Source of the DNA: Ascoidea asiatica JCM 7603
Taxonomy: Eukaryota; Fungi; Ascomycota
NCBI GenBank assembly: GCA_001600695.1
Contig: BCKQ01000006.1
Span: forward strand, 762,731 to 826,730
DNA: 64,000 bases
Reading direction: 5' to 3'
The position numbers and the translations under genes are program-made. Positions 38,836-52,345 of the stretch are shown here, piece after piece (the stretch's first letter is position 1; the number at the start of each line of letters is the position of its first letter). A model generated the notes under the pieces. It was not told the DNA's origin. It saw only the letters and a program-made list of their open reading frames with translations, and ran no database searches.

Positions 38836-38980
38836 TTGATATATGTGAAAAAATGTAAAAATTAGAAAATATTGAAATAAATAAAGAATATTCATTCAAT
38901 TGAGAACAAAAGCATCATTTAATTGATTGAATGAAGTGATAGAATAGAAAAATTGAATGAATCAATGGAATAAGAAGTAG

Positions 38981-40780
38981 ATGAAAATGTCAAATCAATT
39001 ATTTAGAAGTTTCAGAAATTCAATTTTAATAAAACAAAAGATAAATGTAAATACCAAATCATTATCGTTACTTAGATATAATTATAATAACAATAATATT
39101 AATAATGTAAGATTTATAAGTTTAAAAAAAAGTATTCAAATGGATACAGAATATTTTAATAATAAGAAATTATTAATTGAGAAGAATTCTTTTGAATATT
39201 ATCCAAGAATAGATACAGTTCATAATAATCTTAAAAATAATTTAGAAAATGAAGGAGATTTTGAAATTATTAGAATACCAGAATTTATTGAAAAATTTAA
39301 AGAAATTAAATTTGAAGATAATGAAGAAAATGATTTGAAAAAAAAATTATTTATTATTGAAGGTAAAATTAAAACAATTAGAAAATCAGGTAAAAGTTTA
39401 ATTTTTATTGATTTAATTCAAGATAATTTAAGTTTACAAATAATTGTATATTATGATAAAATTAATGAAATTTTCATTAAAAATGATAATAATAATAATA
39501 ATAATAATAATGTATATGAAAAAGAAGAATTTTTTAAATATCATAATAATTTTAAAAAAGGAGATATAATTTCAACAATTGGTAAACCAATAAGAACAAA
39601 ATCTGGAGAATTATCATTAAAATTAATAAAACCAATTTTAATTGTTTCACCAACTTTACAACCATTACCACCAATTTTAAATAATGAAAAAAAAAAAATT
39701 AATAGAGTTATAAATTATTTAATTGATAATAAAAGTAAAGATATAATAATTGGTAGAAGTAAGATTATAGAATTAATTAGAGAATTTTTTATTAAAAAAA
39801 AAAATTTTTTAGAAGTTGAAACACCAATTATTGGAAATTCATCAAAAGGAGCAAATGCTAAACCATTTATTACAAAAAGTAAATCAAATTGTAGAAATAA
39901 TAAATTACAATTAAGAGTTGCACCAGAATTATGGTTAAAAAGATTAATAATTTCTGGATTTGATAAAATTTTTGAAATTGGAAAAGTATTTAGAAATGAA
40001 GGTATTGATAATATACATAATTGTGAATTTACAACATGTGAATTTTATCAAAGTTTTATAAATTTAGAAGAATTAATGAATATTACTGAAGAATTTTTAA
40101 AATTTATAATTATTGAATTTTATAATTATAATGAAATTTTTTTAAAAAATGAATTTTTTAAAGAAAATTTATTAAAATTAAAAGAAGAAATTAATAATAA
40201 AAGTTTTAATAAATTTGAATTTATTGAAACTATTGAAAAAGAAAGTGGAGAATTATTACCAATTGAATTAAATAATAATGAAGAATTAATAAAATATTTT
40301 AATAAATTAGATTTAAAATTACCAAATATTCAATCATCAGTAAATTTATTAAATGAATTATCAAAAATTTATATTGAACCAAAATGTGAAAAAATGTCAT
40401 TTATTTATAATCAACCATCAATTTTATCACCATTAGCAAAAAGTGAAATTAAAGAATATAAAAATAATAGAAATTTTGAAATTTCTAAAAGGTTTGAATT
40501 TTATATAAATAAAAAAGAAATTATAAATTCATATGAAGAAGAAAATAATCCATTTAAACAAAATTTAAATTTTAGAAAACAATTTAAAGATAAAAATAAA
40601 TTTAAAGATGAAGAAAGTTTAATACCAGATTATAAATATGTTTCAGTTATGGAATATGGTATGCCACCAACAGGTGGATGGGGTATTGGTATTGATAGAT
40701 TAGTTATGATATTATTAAATAATAAAGATATTGAAAATGTTTTAACATTTGGACAATTAAATGATGTATTTAGACAATGA
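38981..40780 (+). CDS. MSK1: Mitochondrial lysyl-tRNA synthetase
   Basis: OB-fold; FLEVETP, GANAKPF, LRVAPELWLKRL, FRNEGID..HN.EFT, YGMPPTGGWGIGIDRL; presequence-like N-terminus. Confidence 0.95.
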   Translation: MKMSNQLFRSFRNSILIKQKINVNTKSLSLLRYNYNNNNINNVRFISLKKSIQMDTEYFNNKKLLIEKNSFEYYPRIDTVHNNLKNNLENEGDFEIIRIPEFIEKFKEIKFEDNEENDLKKKLFIIEGKIKTIRKSGKSLIFIDLIQDNLSLQIIVYYDKINEIFIKNDNNNNNNNNVYEKEEFFKYHNNFKKGDIISTIGKPIRTKSGELSLKLIKPILIVSPTLQPLPPILNNEKKKINRVINYLIDNKSKDIIIGRSKIIELIREFFIKKKNFLEVETPIIGNSSKGANAKPFITKSKSNCRNNKLQLRVAPELWLKRLIISGFDKIFEIGKVFRNEGIDNIHNCEFTTCEFYQSFINLEELMNITEEFLKFIIIEFYNYNEIFLKNEFFKENLLKLKEEINNKSFNKFEFIETIEKESGELLPIELNNNEELIKYFNKLDLKLPNIQSSVNLLNELSKIYIEPKCEKMSFIYNQPSILSPLAKSEIKEYKNNRNFEISKRFEFYINKKEIINSYEEENNPFKQNLNFRKQFKDKNKFKDEESLIPDYKYVSVMEYGMPPTGGWGIGIDRLVMILLNNKDIENVLTFGQLNDVFRQ

Positions 40781-41167
40781 ATAGCTATAGATATAGGTAC
40801 GTATAAATAATCACAAACAATATTTTGTATATAGAGTAATGAAATGAACAGCTGAAGAAGAAGAAGCAAAAGAAGCAGAATCTGCTGCCTGTGCTTCTGA
40901 AGCAATTTCCGAGGCAAGAATATAATCCGAGGTAAGTTTCTGATGACGTAATCCGTAGCATGGATACAAGCGGAGTTACGGATAAAGTTACAAGCACGGT
41001 CAGATCTTATCAGCCAATAAGAGATGGTTCCGGGGTGCTTTCTGCCGATGTGCTTATTTTTCAGTCTGCATGGGTAATTCAAAGAACCCCCATTTTTTTC
41101 AAGTGTTTGCGGTCCGAGAAGGTGACTTTTTCACTACTACTCGGTCCGGGCGCGTTCCGAGGCCGGG

Positions 41168-41190
41168 ATGGCTGTGGCTGGTGTGGCTGT
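41168..41190 (+). promoter_or_regulatory. Cluster of Crz1 CDRE-like sites upstream of RCH1
   Basis: ATGGCTG, GTGGCTG, GTGGCTG in tandem; RCH1 is a known Crz1 target in S. cerevisiae and C. albicans. Confidence 0.55.
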
Positions 41191-41633
41191 CATTGATTTC
41201 GCTAATTTCTCTGTGTTTGGGTCTTCTTGGGACTGTTTCTGCTGCTATTACTGCTATTACTGTTATTACTGCTACTTTTATGGACTGAGATAATTTGATT
41301 GGAAGAAGAGTGCTTAGGTTGGTTTATTGTAATAGATATATTATTTTATATTATTATATTAATTTGATATATTTTGATCATTTTCAATAACTTTTGAATA
41401 TAGAGAAAGAATATCAACCATTAGTTTGAAGATATTCATTTATTGTGTTTATTATTTATCATATTCATATATTATTCCATTTTTTTCCATTTTAAATGAT
41501 TTTTTCATTATTTATTAACTTTCTCAATTTCCATAAGTTTTTCAATTAATCAAAAAAAAATAATGTAAATTATAATCACATAGAATCTCAATACTCATTA
41601 CAATCATAATATATATATATTCACATACACAAA

Positions 41634-43103
41634 ATGATAAAGAATTTTAAAGAAAATAATAAAGATAAAAAATTTTATAAAATTATATCCTCAATTTTAT
41701 CTTTTTTATTAAAACAATGGTTTTTCATAGGTTTAGCAATATTTATAATTTTAGCTAATTTTTTCCCAAATTTTGCAAGAAATGGTGGTTTAATTAGAGG
41801 TCAATATTCTATAGGTTATGGTGCTGTAATTGTAATTTTTTTACAATCTGGTCTTTCAATGAAAACTTCAAAATTATTAATTAATATGGCTAATTATAAA
41901 GCTCATATAATTTTATTAATTTTACAATTTTTAATAACTCCTTCAATAACTTTTGCTTTTGCAAATGCTATAAAAGCTTCAAATAATAATCAAATTGATA
42001 ATTGGATCTTAGTTGGAATGATTGTAACTTCAACTTGTCCAACAACTGTTGCTTCAAATGTTGTAATGACAAAACAAGCTCATGGTAATGATTTATTATC
42101 TTTATGTGAAGTTTTTATTGGTAATGTCTTAGGAACTTTCATAACTCCAGCTTTATCACAAATGTTTTTCTCAAATTCTTGGAATTTCGCAAATCCAGCT
42201 TCTGAAAGTTCTGTTTCAAAATTATATAAAGATGTTATGAAACAATTAGGTTTATCTGTTTTTATACCATTATTTGTTGGTCAAGTTTTTCAAAATATTT
42301 TTCCAAATTTTACTTTAAAATTTATAACTAAAATTAAAATGAATAAATTAGGTCAATTTTGTCTTTTATTAATAATGTTTAGTTCTTTTTCAACTGCTTT
42401 TCATCAAAATGCTTTTAAAGATGCTTCAACTTCTTCAATTATTTTATTAGTTTTTTTTAATATTGGTATTTATTTATTTAATACTTTTATAACTTATTTA
42501 TTAGTTAGAAATCCAATAATTGGTTCAATAATTAAAAAATCAAAAGAAAATAATGAAAATTTAAATAATGAAATAATTGAAAATAAAAAAAAAAATTTAT
42601 TCATAAGATTTATTTCTTTTACTTTTTATAATAATAAAAAAGATACAGTTTCAATGTTATTTTGTGGTCCTGCAAAAACTGCTGCTTTAGGTGTTTCTTT
42701 AATTACTTCTCAATATGGTAATGATTTTCCTCAATTAGGTAAATTATTAGTTCCTTTAGTTTTATATCAATCTGAACAAATTGTTGTTGCTCAATGTTTA
42801 GTTCATTTCTTAAAAGTTTGGGTTGATAAAGGTGATGATTTTGATAATGATATTAATAGTGAAGATGATGACAATAATGATGATAAAAATAATAATAACT
42901 TTAATAACAATAAAAATGATAATATCTCAATTAATAATAATAATAATCATTTGCTTAATGATGAAGAAAATCAAATTAAAGATATTGATCAATCAAATTC
43001 TTCAAATGAAAAAAATAAAATTGATAAAAATTTTGATAATATTAATGATTCATTAAATGAAAATCAAATACCAGTCAGATCTTCTTCATCTTATAATAAA
43101 TAA
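41634..43103 (+). CDS. RCH1: SLC10A7-family plasma-membrane regulator of Ca2+ homeostasis
   Basis: QWFFI, FLQSGLSM, CPTTVASNVVMT, FCGPAKTAALG, VPLVLYQSEQ. Confidence 0.9.
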   Translation: MIKNFKENNKDKKFYKIISSILSFLLKQWFFIGLAIFIILANFFPNFARNGGLIRGQYSIGYGAVIVIFLQSGLSMKTSKLLINMANYKAHIILLILQFLITPSITFAFANAIKASNNNQIDNWILVGMIVTSTCPTTVASNVVMTKQAHGNDLLSLCEVFIGNVLGTFITPALSQMFFSNSWNFANPASESSVSKLYKDVMKQLGLSVFIPLFVGQVFQNIFPNFTLKFITKIKMNKLGQFCLLLIMFSSFSTAFHQNAFKDASTSSIILLVFFNIGIYLFNTFITYLLVRNPIIGSIIKKSKENNENLNNEIIENKKKNLFIRFISFTFYNNKKDTVSMLFCGPAKTAALGVSLITSQYGNDFPQLGKLLVPLVLYQSEQIVVAQCLVHFLKVWVDKGDDFDNDINSEDDDNNDDKNNNNFNNNKNDNISINNNNNHLLNDEENQIKDIDQSNSSNEKNKIDKNFDNINDSLNENQIPVRSSSSYNK

Positions 43104-44276
43104 TTTCAATTTCAAAAGTATTGATAATCATTTTACCATCATCATTAATTTCGTTGTCATTAGTATTCGCATTAGCTAAATTTTTTTTTTTCTCTTAGTT
43201 TTTTATATTTTATTTCATCTATATTTACATTTGCTTTAAAGTATTTCAGTTTTTAGTTGTTTCAATCTATTCACTATTTCATTTTTACTTTCAATCTTAA
43301 TATCATGAATATAATTTTTCATAGATATATAAATAATATTCATGATTTATGATTCATGATCATGATAAATTTGATCATTTTTTAATCCGGTTTTTATATA
43401 CGCTTTCATACATATTATAATTTCATAAAATTTTACAGAAAAATAAAATTACAGTAACCACAACTTTTAAAAATATTTTTAATCATCAATGGTAGTATCA
43501 GTGGTTTATTAATAAATATTATTATAGAAAAAAGAAAACTTTAAATTGAATTTCTTTGAGCAAAAAATCTAGGTCGTAAGATTATTCCTATTTTTCTTCA
43601 ACCAGCAAAATTCGGGTTAATGATAATTCCATTTATCATTTATTTCAATAATCTAATTCTTTTATTCTAATATTCTAATAAAAACAAAGGTCATTTTAGA
43701 AAAATATTCAGAAAAAAAGCCCAGAATTGAATATCTAAATTATCTATTTCCACCACAAAAAAACATCTTCTCCATGGGGAGCAAACGCAGCTGTAAGTGA
43801 TTCAAAACAATGAAAAAAATGTTACATTTATTAATAAAATATGTTGCTACAAGATGGTTAACTATTTCTTTAAAATGGTTAAGAAATCTTTTATACTAAA
43901 AAGATTAAAAAATGGAAATCTTACGAATATTAAATATTTTGGGGTTTGAATCATACAAAAACAAAAGGTATTCTATAACATTAAAATCTTGGAGATAAAA
44001 AAAACGTATTAAAAAGAATCTATGTAAAAGAAGAGAATTAAATAAAAGTTTGAAAAAATTGGCTGATTTAATTGAATTTTAAATGCCTATTATAAACCTT
44101 ACCAAAAAATGAATAAATCTATTAAGAATTAAAGTAAAAAAGAGAGAAAAAAAGAGAAAAAATTGATAAAAATGAATATAATAAATATAATAATCATACA
44201 GGCGTGATGAAATGAAATGGAATTGAGTTACTTTTATCGAATAAATCATCATTTTATTTTTAAATTTTAATAAAAT

Positions 44277-45506
44277 TCAATTTAAAAGATCTGATAAATG
44301 AGGAAGTGAAACTCTTTGATTTGAACTTTGACGTAAAAAAGGTAATTTATTTTCATTTTTTTCATCTAAACCATCAATTAAAGATCTTAATGGTGGAAGA
44401 GTTACTGTATTTCCATTATTTGATGTTAATTTAGGAGATTGAATTGGAGTAACTTGACTTGGAGTATTAACTGGAGAAAAATATTTTTTTGAAGCATTAT
44501 TATTATTATTATTATTAATATTATTATTGAAAGCATTTCCAAAACGGAAAACATTTTGTTGATCATCTTGGTTTGGAGAATGAGGAACTGAAAAAGTTTG
44601 ATTTCTTGAAATAAGTTTATTTTCAAAAACTTCAGTTAAAGATGGTAAAGTTAATGTAGATTGTGCATTTCTATTCATATTTAAAGAAGTTGTGGTATTT
44701 GGAGTATAGTTTAGAGATTGTAAAGAAGTTGCAGAACTTGAAGAAGATAAAGAAAAATTTGGCTTTATATTTTCATATGGAGAAGCTGCAGTAATTGCTT
44801 GTTGACCTTGAGCATATAAATTTGAAGAACTTGTATTTGGTGTATTTGAAAGAGATTGAATATTAGATGATGTGGCAGAGCTAATATTTGAATTTGAGAA
44901 AAAATTATTTAAAGAATTTGAAGATTTAGTTGATTGAAAAGAAGGTGAATTTCTAGAAAGCAGCTTTGAAATAGATACTGAAGAATCCATCTGTGAAAGA
45001 GGTTGTTGTTGTTGTTGAAATGCCTGGCTAAAATATTGCATTTGATTTGGAGATTGAGCTAGTTGTTGCTGTTGACCAAAATTAGAAATTGAATTTTGTT
45101 GAGTCATGAAAGTTTGAGGAAGATTATTATAATTCATATTTTGCATATTAGTTTGAGGTGTGAAAGTTGGAAATGGAAATTGATATATTGGATTACCTTG
45201 TAAATCAAAACCAACTGGAGGAGGCATATTTGGATCAATATTTGTAATATAATAATTAGTTCCTTTCTTTTTTCTTGAACCTGGATTTGTATGAATTCTA
45301 GCATGTCTTGTTAATTCATCACTTCTTGAAAATCTTTTACCACAACCTGGAAAACTACAAGCATGTGGTTTTTCACCTGTATGTGTTCTTATATGTCTTG
45401 TTTGATGTTCAAGTCTATGAAATGCTTTTTCACAAATTGGACATTTGTAAGGACGATCATTTGGGTCTTTAGCTGCTTTTTTCTTGGATTTTGGAGGTAC
45501 ACACAT
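44277..45506 (-). CDS. MIG1: C2H2 glucose-repression transcription factor
   Basis: [55 protein letters not shown] plus the C-terminal LPPLRSL effector motif. Confidence 0.93.
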   Translation of the reverse strand: MCVPPKSKKKAAKDPNDRPYKCPICEKAFHRLEHQTRHIRTHTGEKPHACSFPGCGKRFSRSDELTRHARIHTNPGSRKKKGTNYYITNIDPNMPPPVGFDLQGNPIYQFPFPTFTPQTNMQNMNYNNLPQTFMTQQNSISNFGQQQQLAQSPNQMQYFSQAFQQQQQPLSQMDSSVSISKLLSRNSPSFQSTKSSNSLNNFFSNSNISSATSSNIQSLSNTPNTSSSNLYAQGQQAITAASPYENIKPNFSLSSSSSATSLQSLNYTPNTTTSLNMNRNAQSTLTLPSLTEVFENKLISRNQTFSVPHSPNQDDQQNVFRFGNAFNNNINNNNNNNASKKYFSPVNTPSQVTPIQSPKLTSNNGNTVTLPPLRSLIDGLDEKNENKLPFLRQSSNQRVSLPHLSDLLN

Positions 45507-48500
45507 TTTTTGAATTTTATTCTTATTTATAATTATTTTAATTTTGATATTGATATAATTTTTCTATTCTTTATATTATATTAAATTAAATTATTATTAT
45601 TATAAAGATACTTTATATAATTATAACTTGTAATTTAATTTTAATATAAAAACTCTTATAGTTAAACGAAATAAAATAAAAATTGTGAAGTTAACTTCTC
45701 AATTACAGTGTAAAAAATTGGTTATAATATTATTGTTAGGAATTATATATAGTATGTAATTTATTAAATGGCAGTATTTTATTGAATAGATAATAATAAT
45801 TGTTTTATAATTGAAAAGGAAGAAGAAAGAAAGAAAGAAAAAAAAAAAAAAGAGAGAAATTAAAAGTTGAGAATAAAATATAAAAAGACAGGAGGATATA
45901 GCATGCTTAAAAGGTATTTTTTTTCTCTGGGTCTTATAATCAGTTATCAATAAATTAGGTGAAATAAAGAAAAAACGAATTGTAATAATTTACCAGTGTT
46001 GATCCCAGTGCGTATAAGTCTTACGAAAAAAAAAGGAAAAAAAAAAAAAGTTTAAAGAGAAAAGCATTGGCTCGCAGTTAAACTTCACTGAACTCTGTCA
46101 ACTGATTGTGTTTTTAGTCTGTTTTAATTTGTGCAAATAAATTCAAATTCTTTTGATAAAATTTCCTGAGTACAGTGTAGACCTGAACCTAAGATTATAA
46201 AAAAAAAAAATTAGGGAGAGAATCATCTCAGAACACTAATCATCATTTTCAGTCAGTTTTCTATGGTAATAAAAACGAATAAAAAATAATTTAATAATAT
46301 ACGTAATAATATTAACAATAGTATTAATAACATTATTAATAATATAATAATCCCAGAGTGTAGCTAGCTATCAGGTTAATCAAACTTCAGGCCATTTTCT
46401 CTTTAGGAAGAAAGCCGGAGGCACCTGCGCAAACGGGAGACCCAAACCGACCGCGGGAGCCTCCGCTGGCTTTTCAAAATAGCAGGTTATCGCCACGTTA
46501 CGGTCGCGGGAGCAACAAGGATTAACTCAACGGTATCTCGGAAAAACCATCCACAGTTTATCCGGGTTACCCAGATTATGCTTAGATCATTTAACGTGCA
46601 AAGTTTGAATAGCGTAAAAAGACTTGCAGTCATTGCTTGGAGTAAATGTCACCGAGATTGATTAGTACTAGTATACGGTACAGCTATTCCCCATTGCACG
46701 ATGATTCAATATTCTTATTCACTTCTTGATCCGAATAATATGGAACTGAAACCCTCAATAGAAGAAAATATCGCAGTTTTGTTTTACTTTATTAGTCCTT
46801 GAATTGAAATAATTGTTTGTTCAAAGAGAAGAATAATACTTATTATAAAATATTTTTTCTTATCAATACAAAAAAAAAAAAAGAACAGCAGCATTTGTAA
46901 AGAAATAAAAGCAAATGATGAAAATGGTGAGAAAAAAAATATTCAAAGACTCAAAATTTAAACATTTGGATTGAAACTCACACACTGAGACAAATAGATA
47001 TTCAGTTATGGAAGGGGTCCTGAAACCGTATTTCAATGCGTGTTTCACTCTGCCTGGTCCTGCTTTAGCCCCACGTTGTATGTAGACATTTCTGGTTAAA
47101 AGGCTGTAAATGATATCGGATTTTCATTTCGTCTTTACTGTTCGATTAAATAAGAAAAGCGGATATTGGTATTAATTATTGTTTTCTGGTATAGAATAGT
47201 TTTATATAAAAGTATCAGAGGTCAAAAAAACTATTTAAAAATATAGAAAATCTGGTGTCTTAAGAAAGAGAAAAAAAATTCTACGTTAACTTCCCTTAGT
47301 TTAATTAATATTTCCACCATACATATTCTTTTTTTCTTGAGTATAGATGTTAACTTAATAATTGAATAAAAATAAAAAGAAATCATTTGTAAGATTCTTT
47401 GTACTTTCAAAACAGGACAAACGTTAATGTTAATGAATGTACTTTATCTCTCTTTAAGTAATATAAAGTGTAAACTGTGTGGAAAAAACAAAAAAAAAAT
47501 TCTTTTGAATATTATTTCAGAAAATATAATTCCATATTCAGTAATTTAAAAAAAAATCGAACTACTATTTTAAAAAGCTTTTCTTTATTTTAGGTTTTCT
47601 TGGAAACGCATTCTCTTATTGAATGATATTAAAAAAAAAGTAATAAAATTTATTATAAAGTTCAAAATAGTTTTTCCGAAACTTGTTTAAGTTTTGACCC
47701 CAAGAAAGTATGCAAATAGATGGAATTTCATCCTTGTTTAAAAAGAAATTGTTTTAAATTTATAAACATAAACTCTTAAGAAAGGCCTTTCTAAAGAAAT
47801 AAAATAAGAAAAGTATTATCAAGAAGATATTTAGTGATCACAAACAAAAATATGCATACTACTAAATACGACTGTATTTATTCTGTGAATTTAAAAAATC
47901 AACATACCACGAGCAATTTAGTTTACACCAACTCCTTTCTTTGCTATCCTCGAATAATCAACAAGGTACAAAAATAAATATTTCTAAACGATGCTGCTTT
48001 TGAAAATTTAAAAAAAATATAATTAATAAAAACCATTTATTACTTTTCCATAAGCTGATGGTTGACAAACTAATTTTTTTTCGAAGTTTACTGCCACTAC
48101 TTTTCGGAATATCCAAAAAAAAAGAAGTTTTCTTGAACGCATGAAACCCCATGGGATTTCTATAAAGTCCACTTCAAATAATAAAAGTTATTCAGTTTGT
48201 CAGGAGTTTTTCCGAGTGGTTTCATTAAATATCATGAAGTGATTAATCATTGATACAAAACCAAGTATAGAAATATTTTTTAATTAGTCATTTTTCATAA
48301 TAAAAACTTATCTACAATTTGTTTTGCAATAAAAGTCATGATGATAAACTCAAAAGCCATAAAAAATATGTTACTCTATGTAGTTGTTGCAAGTTTTTTA
48401 TATAGATTTTTCTCACAAAAAGAAAAAAAAAGAGAAAAAGAGAAAATAAAAAGACAAGGGGAATTACGGAAATTAAAATCTAGATATTTTTTTGCCACTT

Positions 48501-49501
48501 GAATTTTCAAGTAACTCACGAGGTTCGGAAAAACATGATGTGCAAAAATGCACACCACATTGGAGTAATCTATAAGTTTTTCCGGCGCACTCTTAAGGTT
48601 GAGAAAGCTGTCCGGGTTTGAGAAAATCAGGATATTTAAATAACGGGATGCGGGAAAACTGTGATTTCAGGACGTCGGAACAACTGGGTGATGATGCTGG
48701 ATGGCAGTGGGTTGTTGACTGCCTGTTTCGCGTATTTTACTCCGAAGTGCGTTGGGGTCTTTTGCGGAGGTGGGGTATGTTCGGCCCTCTGAGAATCTGG
48801 CTTTTAATTGGTCCTTGCGTTTGTTTTGAATATAACATCTACTTTTTGATCATAGACCTAAACAGAGAATTAGTAATAGTTTTATGGGTTATTTTTTTTA
48901 AAATTGAAATATCTATTCTAGTAGATATTTTCATTTCCCATAAAACTTGACCATTGTTTACTTCATATAAATGTTCTTTAGCATACAAATGAATTTTATG
49001 ATTTTCAGTTAAAATTATTAAAAACATACAAATATTCATGATAATTAATTTTGTAATACTTTCTCTCAAAACTACTTTCAATGGAATTCAATAACCAATT
49101 TTGATTATAAGAATAAATTATTGAGTCTATTTAAGGATAGAAACTTTTCAACTTAATGCACATAGACCTCTTAACTTAATATATTTTAAATATTGCCTCA
49201 ATTCTTTACCGGTGAATTAATAGCATATAACTAAAAAAGCTTATGCATTTTTTTAAAAAATTAAATGACATTATGTCTTGATTATGAGAAATTAAACAGA
49301 AACTACGGGGAAATATTTTTTTTAAGGATAAAACAAAGCAAATATAAATAAATTTTAATTATGAATGAAAACAGAAAAAGTCGTTTGTTAAAAAAAAAAA
49401 ACCGAATAATGAAACAAAGAATAAAAAATGTAACAAAACAATACCGAGTAAGCCAGCTTACTAAATAAACAAAACAATAAATATTAAAAAAAAAACTATC
49501 A

Positions 49502-51782
49502 TTACACATCTTCTTTCATTCTCCTTTTAATTAATTGTAAAAGATTTTCTATTAATTTTTGATTAGTATTTCTACTTTGAATACTTGTTAAAATTCCAAA
49601 ACATTGCAATAAACATAATCTTTTTGAATAATTCTCTTGTTTTTTATCTTTATTTATACATTCATTATTATCATTATTCTTATTACTATTGATATACTTT
49701 GAAGAGATTTGTAAACCTAAACCACTTCCATCATTTAAAATATTGTATCCTTTATTTTTGGAAGATTCTTCCATTTCAATCATATGTTCATAATTTGGTA
49801 TTATAATGACATCTCTAAAATAAGTTAATAATAATTTCTTTATTGATAAGTTTTCTATGGATTCGAATAAAACATCACCCCAAAATTTTGAAGCTAGTTT
49901 TGGTGTTAATATTTTACCAAATCCTTCAAATTCTAATTGAATTGGTAAAAAAATAGCTTCAAGATATGATAGAACATCATTAAAGAAAAATTCCCATAAA
50001 GTTGCTAATTTATTTTCTAAATTTTCTAAACTTTCATTATTTTCATTTCCAAATTGATTTTTCTTAGAATTATTAAATGATTTTAAAGAACTTGGTGAAG
50101 TTATATTAAATTTATTTAATTTTGTTTTTTGCATTGTTTTATTATCAATATTTGATTGATTTTCCATAACTGATAAACCCATTTTAATAAATTCTTGAAA
50201 ATCATTAATAATTATATTTGCAGAAGAATTTGGGATTAAATTTTTTAAAGATGAAGTTGAATCAAATCCTATAGTTGAAGAATTACTACTATTATTATTA
50301 CTGATATTGTTCATGATATTATTCTTACTATCACCAGTATTACTATTATTATTATTACTCTCACTTATATTCGAATTTTTGAAACTTTTCAAAAGGCTTC
50401 CATTTATTTTACTACTATTGTTACTAGTATTAGAATTGTTATTAATATTATTTATACTATTATTATTAATAATTTTTTTTTTGAAAATACTTTCATCAAT
50501 TCTTAAAGATAAATAAAATTGTATTAATTTATTCAAATCTTCAATAGTTACTTTTAAAGAATGACCTTTAAATAAAGGTAAAACAGTTTCATTTAAAAGA
50601 TCTAAAATTTGTAAAGATAAATAATTTTGATCAATTTTTGATAATTTACTTAAATTATTTGCATTATTTAAATTTAAAGAATTTTCAAAATTTGATAAAT
50701 TTTTTAAAAAATCATTTGAAAAAGTATTATTATTATTCGAAATTGAATTTGAAGTTGAAGGATTGAAATTATATAAAGTTGTACCATTATTAGTTTTAAT
50801 TTTTGAATTTGAAGCATTTGAAGAAAAAGTATTTGAATTATTTGGATGTAAAATATCCTTTCTTGATTTTAGATTTAAAATATGATGATTGTTATGACTA
50901 TTAAGGTTATTTATAAGATTGTGGTTATGATTATGATTATGATTATGATTATGATTATGAGAAGAAATATTTAAAATTTTTGAACTGTTGATTGAGTTAT
51001 TATTATTGTTATTATTTAAGTTATTAATATTATTAATATTAATTGAAGAATTTGAATTTGATTTTAAATTTGAATTTAAATTTAGATTTGAATTTGAAGT
51101 TGAAGTGTTTCTTTTTGATAAAGATTTTAAAGATAAAGAAGAACCTGAATGTATATGAATTGAAGGAGGTCTTATAATATTTGAAATTGAATTTGAAGTT
51201 GAATGTATACTTGAATTATCAGAATAATTTTGATTATCAGAAGATAAAGATAATGATAAAGGTAATGAATTTTTTCTTTTTGTAATTAAATGAGTTGAAT
51301 TTTTAGTTGCTTTTTGAGCAAATTTTTTTGCTTTTTTAAGAGAAGATAATTTTTTTTTTGAATTTATATTAATTGTAGAAGTATTTGAAGTATTTGAATT
51401 TATTGAATTTGATGAATTATTTGATTTTATTGAATATAAAGATTTCAAATTTGGTTTTAAATTTTGTTTTAATTTAGATTGTTTTGATTGTATTGATTGT
51501 ATTGAATTTGATATTGAATTTGAATGATTAGATTGATGAGAATGATGAGAATGAGAGTGAGCATGAGCATGAGTATGAGAATGAGATTTTTGTAGAGGAT
51601 TAAAACCAACATTTGAAATAATTTTAGTTAAATTTGATTGAGTATTATTGATTTGTAAATTTGATATTACAGTTTGAATTGAATTTGTTGAATCATTTGA
51701 ACCAAGATTATATAAATTTGAAGTATTATTATTTAAGTTATTTATTGTTGGAGGTTGTTTTAATAGATCATTTATATTTATA

Positions 51783-51821
<39 letters not shown>

Positions 51822-52345
51822 GTAATAGTTTTCATATTATTTGAATTGTTTTTATTGTTATTATTATTGAAAGTATAATTTGAATTTGAATTTGATATTG
51901 GTAGAGTTATTGTGTTATAATGATTAATTTTTTTAATTTTTGGAGTTATATTCGAATTTAAGATATCATTATTCTTATCATTTATATTATTATTATTATT
52001 TATATTATCATTATCATTTGAAGAATTTATTGAATTTATTGAATTTTTAGAATATATACTTGATCTTTGATTTGAATTTGTAAAAGATTTATAATCTTTA
52101 TAATCTTTTTGAATAAAATCTTTTTGATTATAATCTTTTTGATTGTAATCTTTTGGAGTTATAGGAGAATCAAGACTTGTTGATCTTGAATGTGTAAAAG
52201 TTACAGAAGATAAAGTTGTTTGAGCTCTTTGTCTTGAATCTGATTTTTTATTTGATAATTTTGGATTAAATAGTAAAGAATTGTTTGAAGAAGCAACATT
52301 ATTGGAATTTGAAAGAGGAATTTGAGAGATTGTAGATCTGTTCAT
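49502..52345 (-). CDS. BIT61: TORC2 subunit with HbrB domain (Bit61/Bit2/Protor family)
   Basis: VLPLFKGHSLKVTIEDLNKLI, LWEFFF.DVLSYLEAIFLP, LLQCFGILTSIQS; long S/N/H-rich N-terminus. Confidence 0.85.
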
